Source of the DNA: Candidatus Harrisonbacteria bacterium | GTDB taxonomy: Bacteria > Patescibacteriota > Minisyncoccia > UBA6257 > 1-14-0-10-40-38 | Direction of reading: 5' to 3' | Assembly: GCA_023245035.1 (NCBI GenBank) | Contig: JAHFLD010000001.1 | Span: forward strand, 719 to 64,718 | Length of the DNA stretch: 64,000 bases | In this document: positions 54,012 through 61,094 of the stretch, one piece after another | Layout: every line of letters begins with the position of its first letter | How positions within the stretch are numbered: the first letter of the stretch is position 1 | The notes under the pieces: model-generated | Seen by the model: only the letters and a program-made list of their open reading frames with translations | What the model was told of the DNA's origin: nothing | The model's database searches: none | Program-made: the position numbers and the translations under genes

Positions 54012-54356
54012 TTATTTAACCGCCTCCAAAACCTGCTTAAAAACCGCGGGTTCATGCTCCGCCAAATCAGCCAGGACTTTTCGGTCCAATTCAACATTTG
54101 ACTTCTTGAGCCTGTCTATAAGCTCGTGATAAGTGGTTCCGTGCAATCTGGCGCCCGCGCCGATTTTTACATTCCACAAGGCGCGCATATCGCGCTTCTT
54201 CTCCTTTCGCCCCTTGAACATTCGGGGCAAGGCATGCAAGAGCGCCTCTTTGGCCGCTCGCTCCTTTTTCTTGCGATCCCACTTGTAGCCCTTGGTCAGC
54301 TTCAGGATCTTATTTCTCTTTCTGGTGGCGTTAACGCCTCGTTTGACTCTGGTCAT
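54012..54356 (-). CDS. rplT: 50S ribosomal protein L20.
   Basis: MTRVKRGVNARKRH-like N-terminus, about 114 aa, basic. Confidence 0.92.
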   Translation of the reverse strand: MTRVKRGVNATRKRNKILKLTKGYKWDRKKKERAAKEALLHALPRMFKGRKEKKRDMRALWNVKIGAGARLHGTTYHELIDRLKKSNVELDRKVLADLAEHEPAVFKQVLEAVK

Positions 54357-54473
54357 AGGTAATAGGGTTTAGAGTAGGGGGTTAAGTTTAAGGTGTCAAA
54401 TTTAGAAACCAAGAGGATTTCACGTCAGTTTATTTCGCAGCATTCGCGTGAACTCCTCCGGTATTCGCATCGC

Positions 54474-54650
54474 CTATAAATATTTCTGAATTATCAACCT
54501 ATCCGCCCGGTCCACGGTAACGTCTTTGCGTTTTAGGCGAATACCGCTTCCATTGCGCTTGGTCTTAAAATGTCCCTGGCCCATTGTTCGGCGAATCAAC
54601 TTACCACTGCCGGTTACTTTGAATCGAGTTGAAATGCTTTTCTTGGTCAT
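54474..54650 (-). CDS. rpmI: 50S ribosomal protein L35.
   Basis: Hand translation gives MTKKSISTRFKVTGSGKLIRRTMGQGHFKTKRNGSGIRLKRKDVTVDRADRLIIQKYL (58 aa). Absent from the ORF track because it is under 60 aa. Confidence 0.85.
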   Translation of the reverse strand: MTKKSISTRFKVTGSGKLIRRTMGQGHFKTKRNGSGIRLKRKDVTVDRADRLIIQKYL

Positions 54651-54695
54651 AATCCTTGTTTCTTGATTCGTAAATTCGTTGATAATCGCCGCTTT

Positions 54696-55208
54696 TTATT
54701 TTTTTATAATCTGCAAAGCTACTCCGCGGCCGCCCCAGCGCATATCGCTAATCTGCCGGAACGGAACAGTTATCATCTTCAAAAACTCCTCCATTTTAAG
54801 ACGAGCCCAGTCCTTGTTGTACTTTTCTCGTCCGCGCAGAACCATGGCGATCGTCACCGCGTGGCCCTCGCCCAAAAACTCATCCGCCTTTTTGGCTCTA
54901 ATCCCTAGGTCGTTTTTGGCCGACCGGGCGGTTATCTGAACCTGCTTCACCCCCTGCTCTTTGCGATTTGCCCGCTGTTCTTTAGTTTTTTTGTCTTGCT
55001 GATAGCGAAACTTGTCAAAACTCATTATCTTCGCCACCGGCGGAACCACCTGCGAAGAAATCTCAATCAGATCGAGACCCTTCTCGTGAGCCAGTCGCAT
55101 CGCGGCCTCGCGCGACATAACGCCGAGCGCCTCACCGGCTTCGTCTAAGACCCGAAGCTCGGGAGCGGTTATCTGCAGGTTAAACTTTGGTTGATTGGTC
55201 AACGGTAT
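54696..55208 (-). CDS. infC: Translation initiation factor IF-3, probable non-AUG (AUA or UUG) start.
   Basis: FNLQITAPELRVLDEAGEALGVMS...GLDLIEIS...PPVAKIMSFDKFRYQQ. The track ORF extends to an ATG at 55262, but that adds a hydrophobic leader and the sigma70-like promoter lies inside it. Confidence 0.7.
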   Translation of the reverse strand: MPLTNQPKFNLQITAPELRVLDEAGEALGVMSREAAMRLAHEKGLDLIEISSQVVPPVAKIMSFDKFRYQQDKKTKEQRANRKEQGVKQVQITARSAKNDLGIRAKKADEFLGEGHAVTIAMVLRGREKYNKDWARLKMEEFLKMITVPFRQISDMRWGGRGVALQIIKK

Positions 55209-55212
55209 GGGG

Positions 55213-55241
55213 AGTATAGAAGATACCGCAAAAATTGTAAA
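55213..55241 (-). promoter_or_regulatory. Sigma70-like promoter for infC (TTTACA, 17-nt spacer, TATACT).
   Basis: Minus strand reads gagcTTTACA-atttttgcggtatcttc-TATACT-ccccATA. An in-frame AUA codon (55208) lies at the predicted +1. Confidence 0.4.
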
Positions 55242-55322
55242 GCTCAATCGCCCCAAAGCCATCCCCGCGCTTTTGTATAAAAAAAGACGCCACCATTATG
55301 TAGCGTCTTCGACTAACCAAAA

Positions 55323-55568
55323 CTACTTAATCCCAAGCCTTCTTCTAACCGCCGCCGCTTCTTCGGGAGAGAGTTCCTGACCGTGCATCTTGCCGCGTTT
55401 TGCGTTGTGCTCCATGACGATTTCCGCTCGGCACTCATCGCAAGGCGGGCCAAAATCTCTACTCGCCGGCCCGACGCAAATTAATGAATCATAGTAATCA
55501 TGGTGCTTTGTTTTGCACCGCGTGTCTGCCAGTTTGCGAAGGTGTTGTCGTAACTCTTCGTGTGTCAC
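55323..55568 (-). CDS. Hypothetical small Cys-containing protein.
   Basis: 81 aa with CxxxHH and CVG...CDEC motifs. Start overlaps the upstream PRTase stop by 4 nt. Confidence 0.35.
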   Translation of the reverse strand: MTHEELRQHLRKLADTRCKTKHHDYYDSLICVGPASRDFGPPCDECRAEIVMEHNAKRGKMHGQELSPEEAAAVRRRLGIK

Positions 55569-56257
55569 GGTAATTTCCCTTCAGCGCTACCGCTAATAAC
55601 TTGTCCGCCATTTCGGCGAGCCATAAACTCGCGCCCCTTGCCAACATTCGCGTTGATCGGAATGCCTCGGTGGCACAAAGCGCAATCTTCTTCGCGCCAA
55701 GCTTCGAGCGGAATGTCCAATAGCGAAGAGAATAAATAAGGACTACCCATTTGCTGCATTGTCACCGCGCCCCGATTAAACAATACCGACAGACCAACCA
55801 CGACTCCTTGGTGCGCCCGAACCGTCTCAATCACTTTCCGCGCCGACTCGCCGGTGGTCAGTACGTCTTCCACGACCAGAACGTTTTTTCGCGGCAGGAG
55901 TTTTTCGTATCCTCGCTGAATCACAAAACCCTTGCCGTCAAAAGTTTTTTCGGCGTACGCGCTCAAGACTTCTCGTTGCGTTAACTGGCTCAAACAATAG
56001 GCGACCCATTGCGAAAGGATAACTCCGCCGATTGCCGGAGCGATTACCACCTCGGGGCGAAAGTTTTGTTCCACCGCCGAAATAAATCGATGCGCGAGCT
56101 TCATGCAAAAGGCCAAAGTATCGGTCGTGTGCGGATAAAGCGCGTCTTTGTTGAGATAGGTTTTTCCGTGCAAGCCGGAGGTGTAAACAAAATGCCCATC
56201 GCTCATCATCACCCCGTGTTTTCCGAGCTTCGTGAGTAGTTCGCTGTCACTCATCAT
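55565..56257 (-). CDS. Type I phosphoribosyltransferase (orotate phosphoribosyltransferase-like).
   Basis: PRPP-binding motif VLVVEDVLTTGES. Start reset to MMSDSELL (56257), which has an AAGGGG RBS; the track ORF runs to 56404. Confidence 0.65.
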   Translation of the reverse strand: MMSDSELLTKLGKHGVMMSDGHFVYTSGLHGKTYLNKDALYPHTTDTLAFCMKLAHRFISAVEQNFRPEVVIAPAIGGVILSQWVAYCLSQLTQREVLSAYAEKTFDGKGFVIQRGYEKLLPRKNVLVVEDVLTTGESARKVIETVRAHQGVVVGLSVLFNRGAVTMQQMGSPYLFSSLLDIPLEAWREEDCALCHRGIPINANVGKGREFMARRNGGQVISGSAEGKLP

Positions 56258-56345
56258 TTTCAAACCCCTTATGTAAAAGTGCGACCCCAAACCACAGTTA
56301 CCATAATGAAAAAACTCTAATAAAGCAAACAAAAATAACCAAGAA

Positions 56346-57101
56346 TCATTTTTCTCCTCTAATAAAGCGATAAGATGCAATAAGATTTGGCAAAATAATA
56401 ACAATTATCAGTAAATAGAAAAAGAAACGAATTATTTCTTTAGCAAAAAACACTTTGATATTTATCGGCTTGGCGGAGATGTATGAATCAGTGGTATCAA
56501 TCTCGCCCTTCAAATTAACGAAAACATCGACAAACGTTCCATTGCTCTTTATTTGAATTGCTTTAATGGGTATAAAAGAAGAAAGTTCTTTGATTACTTC
56601 GGTTTTTTGAGAGTCTGGACCCCTTAAAAATATTGAAGTTGTGGTAGAGAATACATTATCAAATTGACTCCTAGTAACCGGCTCACAGGTCTCAGCTTTG
56701 GCGCCGGCATATATTTTCAAATCGCCAGCATTAATTTGCATGGCGCCTATTTCTCGGTCAGAAACAAGAGGAAGGTCGACCTCTCTTCCATAAAGCGATA
56801 ATTTGTTTTCATTTTTGAGACACAGTAAAGTATTTTTCCCACTCGGCGCATCTAGAAGATCATCGATTTTTTGAAAATTAAACCCCAAGGATTCTGAAAA
56901 TTTTAAAGCGATCTCACCCGGGTTGATGGCGGCTTGAATTCTGTCCATTGAAAGGGTTGCCGTTGTTGGGCTATTGAACGTAGCCTTACCCCACAAAACT
57001 TGGGGGTGCGTGAAATAATCAAGCAGAAGCGCAAGAAAAAAAACTAGAAATAATCTAGTAATTAAATCCACTTCGAATTTATTTTTTTTCACACCATCCA
57101 T
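56346..57101 (-). CDS. Hypothetical membrane protein in an AT-rich gene.
   Basis: 251 aa with N- and C-terminal hydrophobic segments; no recognised domain. Confidence 0.35.
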   Translation of the reverse strand: MDGVKKNKFEVDLITRLFLVFFLALLLDYFTHPQVLWGKATFNSPTTATLSMDRIQAAINPGEIALKFSESLGFNFQKIDDLLDAPSGKNTLLCLKNENKLSLYGREVDLPLVSDREIGAMQINAGDLKIYAGAKAETCEPVTRSQFDNVFSTTTSIFLRGPDSQKTEVIKELSSFIPIKAIQIKSNGTFVDVFVNLKGEIDTTDSYISAKPINIKVFFAKEIIRFFFYLLIIVIILPNLIASYRFIRGEK

Positions 57102-57168
57102 AGTGGAACATCCTAATCACTTGGTTTACCACGAGCGAGCCTCTCGTTGTTACGAGGGGCGAGTCGAG

Positions 57169-57496
57169 TGGAGATGGAGGGAGTTGAACCCTCGTACAAG
57201 AAGAGCTTCGTACTGCGTCTACATGCTTAGTTCTGAAAAGTCAGAGCGCGTGAACTCCATGTGTTTTAGTGCCCCCGCCTGGAATTCAAAGGCAAGAGCC
57301 TTAGCTCAAAGTATTACACCGGTATCTTCCTATTGAGCATCAAAAGGCCGATGGATCTGGCGTTACGCGAAAGCGAAAGCCGGAACTCTGCTAACGTTTT
57401 GGTTGGCAGTTAAAGGTTTGGATTCGGATTAACGAGGCAATCCTCCTCGGCATGCGGCTGTACCAAGACTGCTCCTTGGCAAATCCTGTCATCCCC
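57169..57496 (-). ncRNA. ssrA: tmRNA (SsrA).
   Basis: Minus strand: 5' GGGGATG pairs with 3' CATCTCC next to T-arm GAGGG-TTCAACT-CCCTC, discriminator A. Internal tag reading frame GCC AAC CAA AAC GTT AGC AGA GTT CCG GCT TTC GCT TTC GCG TAA (ANQNVSRVPAFAFA). smpB is adjacent. Confidence 0.75.
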
Positions 57497-57510
57497 TAAA
57501 TCACTTCTTC

Positions 57511-57954
57511 TTAACTTCTCAACGTGCGATCAATCTCGCGTTTTGACTCCTTCTTATGAATCGCCTCGCGTTTGTCGCTTTTTTTCTTTGGTCGGGCGAG
57601 CGCCAATTCCAACTTCAAAACGCCATGGCTATCATAAACCTTAAGTGGCACCAAAGTCAAGTGAGAAGATTTTAATTCGCGGGCAATTTCCAGCAACTCC
57701 TTTTTATTAACGAGCAATTCCCGAGTTTGTTTCTGGTCGTAGCCCTTGGGGGTGTTCGCCGCTTGAAACGGGGGAATGTCGGCGTTAACTAACCACAACT
57801 TCCCGCCGCGAATCTGCGCAAAACTCCCCGCCAGATTCATTCTGCGGGCTCGAATCGCCTTGACCTCAAACCCCTTGAGTATCATTCCCGTGGCAAATGT
57901 CGCCATAATCTGATAATCAAAGCGCGCTCGGTTATGTTCGGCTAAAGCAGTCAT
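57511..57954 (-). CDS. smpB: SsrA-binding protein SmpB.
   Basis: Conserved GFEVKAIR...NL..(S/A)F motifs in a protein of about 147 aa. Confidence 0.9.
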   Translation of the reverse strand: MTALAEHNRARFDYQIMATFATGMILKGFEVKAIRARRMNLAGSFAQIRGGKLWLVNADIPPFQAANTPKGYDQKQTRELLVNKKELLEIARELKSSHLTLVPLKVYDSHGVLKLELALARPKKKSDKREAIHKKESKREIDRTLRS

Positions 57955-58030
57955 CTGTTTACTATAGCGTTATTTTAAAATAACCTACAGATAGTTCTTT
58001 ACCATCCATCCCTAAAAGATTGGAGGGCGC

Positions 58031-58429
58031 ATGTCCTTAATAACCAAGGCAATCAAGCAAAAAAGAAGCTGGTCAGACGGCGTGCGAATTTCGGTTATGA
58101 GTCGTCACACGCTATCTGACGGTGTTACTCCCGATCCGGATATCTCGGCAAGTTCCTTTGATGAACACTGGCCGCAACTTGCTCCACCGGCAACCCTAAT
58201 CGGCGCTTACTATAAGCGAGGTCTTTCTTGGGAAGTATTCGCCGATCAATTCAATCAATATCTAATGACTGCGGAAGTACGCCTACATCTTCTGAATCTT
58301 ATCCGCTTGGCACTAGCGGGAAATGTCACCATTCTTTGTATTGAATCCTCTCCAGAAAAATGTCATCGGCGACTTATTGCCGAGACGTGTTCCGTGCTCA
58401 ATCCATCTCTAGAAGTTCTTCTCCAATGA
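58031..58429 (+). CDS. DUF488-family protein.
   Basis: C-terminal ILCIESSPEKCHRRLIAE, matching the DUF488 LLCxE..P..CHR signature. Confidence 0.55.
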   Translation: MSLITKAIKQKRSWSDGVRISVMSRHTLSDGVTPDPDISASSFDEHWPQLAPPATLIGAYYKRGLSWEVFADQFNQYLMTAEVRLHLLNLIRLALAGNVTILCIESSPEKCHRRLIAETCSVLNPSLEVLLQ

Positions 58430-58497
58430 CGCCGGTCGGCGTCATTTTATTTTTCGTGATTTTCCTCTACCAAAAAAACCAGCTATAGTTCATATAC

Positions 58498-60189
58498 ATG
58501 CTTAGCAAAATCCAAAAACTGGTAGCCGAAGCGGTTGGTAGGGAAATCAGCCCCGTAATTCAAGTCTCGGCCGAAGAAAAATTTGGCGACTACACCACCC
58601 CCGTGGCTCTTTCGCTCGCAAAAACCATTAAGCGCCCACCGCTCGAAATCGCCGAAGAAATCGCGGCCAAACTCCGCGCCGCGCCGGGGAGTAACCAATT
58701 TAAAAAAATAGAAGTCACCGCGCCCGGTTTTATAAATTTTCACCTCTCCGATCAAGCGCTTGAATCCGCGCTTGCCGAAATCACCAAGTCCGGCGCCAAA
58801 TGGGGGAGGCCAGAAACCAAAACGCGAGCCACGGTGATCATTGATTATTCTTCGCCGAACATCGCCAAACCGATGAGCGTCGGCCACCTTCGCTCCACGA
58901 TTATCGGCGCCGCGCTATATAACATCTTTAAATTCTCCGGCTGGAAGACCATCGGTGACAACCATCTGGGAGATTGGGGTCGGCAATTCGGCATCCTCAT
59001 CGCCGCCTGGAAGGATTGGCAAAAAATAAACGGCGAAAAAAGAGAGGTCGTAATCAACGACCTCATGCGGCTCTACGTTGATTACAACGCGCTCATGAAA
59101 GAGGACGCCAAACTCGAAGAACGCGCTCGCCTCGAAACCAAAAAACTCCAGGATGGCGACTTGGAAAACACCAAACTCTGGAAGCGATTCTACAAAATTA
59201 GCTTGGCGGAGTTTCAAAAGATCTACGCGCTCCTTGGAATAAAATTCGACCACTCCTACGGCGAGAGCCACTACCAAAAAATGCTCGGAACCATTGTCTC
59301 CGACGCCGTCCAAAAGGGCGTAGCGGTGCGAAGCGAAGGCGCGGTGATTATTCCGGTGCCCGGCAAGGCGCCCTTGGTTATCCAAAAGAGCGACGAAGCC
59401 TTTCTTTACGGCACCACCGACATCGCGACCGTGAAACAACGGGTAACAAGGTGGAAGCCGAGCCTTATCTTGTACGTCATTGGCAACGAACAAGCCTTGC
59501 ATCTCGAGCAACTGTTTTACGCCGTCAAACAATTGGGTTTAATCTCTAAGCAGAAGCTGGCCCACGTAAAATTCGGTCTCATCTTGGGCGAGGATCTAAA
59601 AAAACTCTCCACCCGCGCCGGCAAACACATCGCCTTAGACGAGGTTATTTACGAGGCAATCGAACGAGCCAAAAAAGTCACGAGCGGCAAGAGGCCGGAT
59701 CTGTCGCCTGGCGAACACGACAAAATCGCCAAGGTCGTCGGCATCGCCGCCTTAAAATACAATGATCTTTCGCAAAATCGCCAAAGCGACATCGCCTTTC
59801 ATTGGGACAAAATGCTCAACCTGGAGGGCAACAGCGCGCCTTATATTATGTACACCTATGCCCGGCTCAAAAGCGTTCTCCGCAAAGCCGGCTTCCCGCG
59901 AAAAGCCAATTTTTCCCTGCTCAACCAAGACAGCGAGCGCGCGCTGATTAAAAAACTGATTCAATTCCCCGATGTCATAACCGGCGTGCTTCAAACCTAT
60001 TTCCCACACCAACTTGCCGACTACTTATACGAGCTCACCAAACTGGCCAATTATTTTTATCAAACCGAACCGATTCTCCAAGCCGAGCCGGCGGTTATGA
60101 ACGCCCGACTAAAACTAATTTCCGCCGCCGCCCAAACCATCAAAACCAGTCTCGCGCTCCTGGGCATCTCAGCGCTGGAAAAAATGTAA
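58498..60189 (+). CDS. argS: Arginyl-tRNA synthetase.
   Basis: P(N/S)IAKPMSVGHLRSTIIG (HIGH-type), the anticodon-binding C-terminal domain, and a terminal (K)M signature. Confidence 0.9.
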   Translation: MLSKIQKLVAEAVGREISPVIQVSAEEKFGDYTTPVALSLAKTIKRPPLEIAEEIAAKLRAAPGSNQFKKIEVTAPGFINFHLSDQALESALAEITKSGAKWGRPETKTRATVIIDYSSPNIAKPMSVGHLRSTIIGAALYNIFKFSGWKTIGDNHLGDWGRQFGILIAAWKDWQKINGEKREVVINDLMRLYVDYNALMKEDAKLEERARLETKKLQDGDLENTKLWKRFYKISLAEFQKIYALLGIKFDHSYGESHYQKMLGTIVSDAVQKGVAVRSEGAVIIPVPGKAPLVIQKSDEAFLYGTTDIATVKQRVTRWKPSLILYVIGNEQALHLEQLFYAVKQLGLISKQKLAHVKFGLILGEDLKKLSTRAGKHIALDEVIYEAIERAKKVTSGKRPDLSPGEHDKIAKVVGIAALKYNDLSQNRQSDIAFHWDKMLNLEGNSAPYIMYTYARLKSVLRKAGFPRKANFSLLNQDSERALIKKLIQFPDVITGVLQTYFPHQLADYLYELTKLANYFYQTEPILQAEPAVMNARLKLISAAAQTIKTSLALLGISALEKM

Positions 60190-60273
60190 GCCGTTGACAA
60201 ATTATAGATATATTGATAAGTTAAAAACCGGCATTGTTTAGCTCATCGTCAACCAAAAAAGGAGAGACAAGTC

Positions 60274-60579
60274 GTGCCCAATGCTCCATCTGATGTTGTG
60301 AAGCGCTTCCTAGAAATCGTCTTTCATGATGTTGCGCCCTGCCCGAGTTGCCAGTCCGATCTCGGCATAATCGAACGCTACTGCCCAAAGTGTGGCCAAC
60401 TCAATGCAAGATTTGACCCAAAGAAATTCAAAAAGGATTGGGGAATGACTATTAAACAATCCTTACGTTGTTGCCCCTTTGAACATGCAGGAACCCGCCG
60501 AGAAGCTGAAAGAGACAAGAGGCCGTTAAGAGACGCCTTCTGTATAATCTGCGGCGAGAAAGCCTACGCCCCAAGATGA
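60274..60579 (+). CDS. Hypothetical double zinc-ribbon protein, paralog 1 (GTG start).
   Basis: AAAGGAGAG RBS 7 nt from GTG. Pattern CPSC...CPKCG..N.RFD..KF.K.(W/F)G....CPFEH....CIICG. Confidence 0.5.
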   Translation: MPNAPSDVVKRFLEIVFHDVAPCPSCQSDLGIIERYCPKCGQLNARFDPKKFKKDWGMTIKQSLRCCPFEHAGTRREAERDKRPLRDAFCIICGEKAYAPR

Positions 60580-60586
60580 ATCGCTC

Positions 60587-60620
60587 ATCACCGGAACCAA
60601 AAGTTTCGGTGATTTTTTTT
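60587..60620 (+). terminator. Rho-independent terminator.
   Basis: ATCACCG-loop-CGGTGAT followed by TTTTTTTT. Confidence 0.8.
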
Positions 60621-60736
60621 GGGAATTAATGCGCGCGGAGATCGCCCGCCCGCGCTCTCTTGACAAGGCAGGGTTAAATAGATTATCCTCAAACCGCTGT
60701 TTGAAAATCAAAAACCATCCAACCAAGGAGCATTTT

Positions 60737-61021
60737 GTGCCCAGAAAAAATATCGAGGATCTTCTAGGGGTGCCTCATCTGGCCGAGGTCGCGACCTGTT
60801 CCTGTGGCGTCAAGCTTAGAAAGCCAGAGGCCCATTGCCAGAATTGCGGCGATGCGAATCCGCGGTTTGACCGGGTCTCTTTCGAAAAGACCTTCGGTGA
60901 ATCCCTGGAGGCGGCGAAGGCAAGCTGTCCGACCGAGCACGTTGCTCGCAAAACTGATCTCATCCGGGAAAACAAATCCGGACGAGTCTACTGCCCGATT
61001 TGCGGGACGAGGATTATTTAG
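60737..61021 (+). CDS. Hypothetical double zinc-ribbon protein, paralog 2 (GTG start).
   Basis: AAGGAG RBS 6 nt from a GTG-CCC start, as in paralog 1. Shares the CxC...CxNCG..NPRFD..F.K.FG....CPTEH....CPICG pattern. The track ORF from 60629 is an upstream extension. Confidence 0.5.
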   Translation: MPRKNIEDLLGVPHLAEVATCSCGVKLRKPEAHCQNCGDANPRFDRVSFEKTFGESLEAAKASCPTEHVARKTDLIRENKSGRVYCPICGTRII

Positions 61022-61030
61022 CACGACCCC

Positions 61031-61060
61031 ACCGGCCTTTAAAAGGCCGGTATTTTTTTT
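61031..61060 (+). terminator. Rho-independent terminator.
   Basis: CCGGCC-tttaaaa-GGCCGG followed by TATTTTTTTT. Confidence 0.8.
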
Positions 61061-61094
61061 ACAAAAACATCCAAATTCCTGTACTATATAAGAC

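Noticed and set aside
57103-57336. Plus-strand ORF of 77 aa.
   Set aside because: It lies inside the tmRNA gene on the opposite strand.
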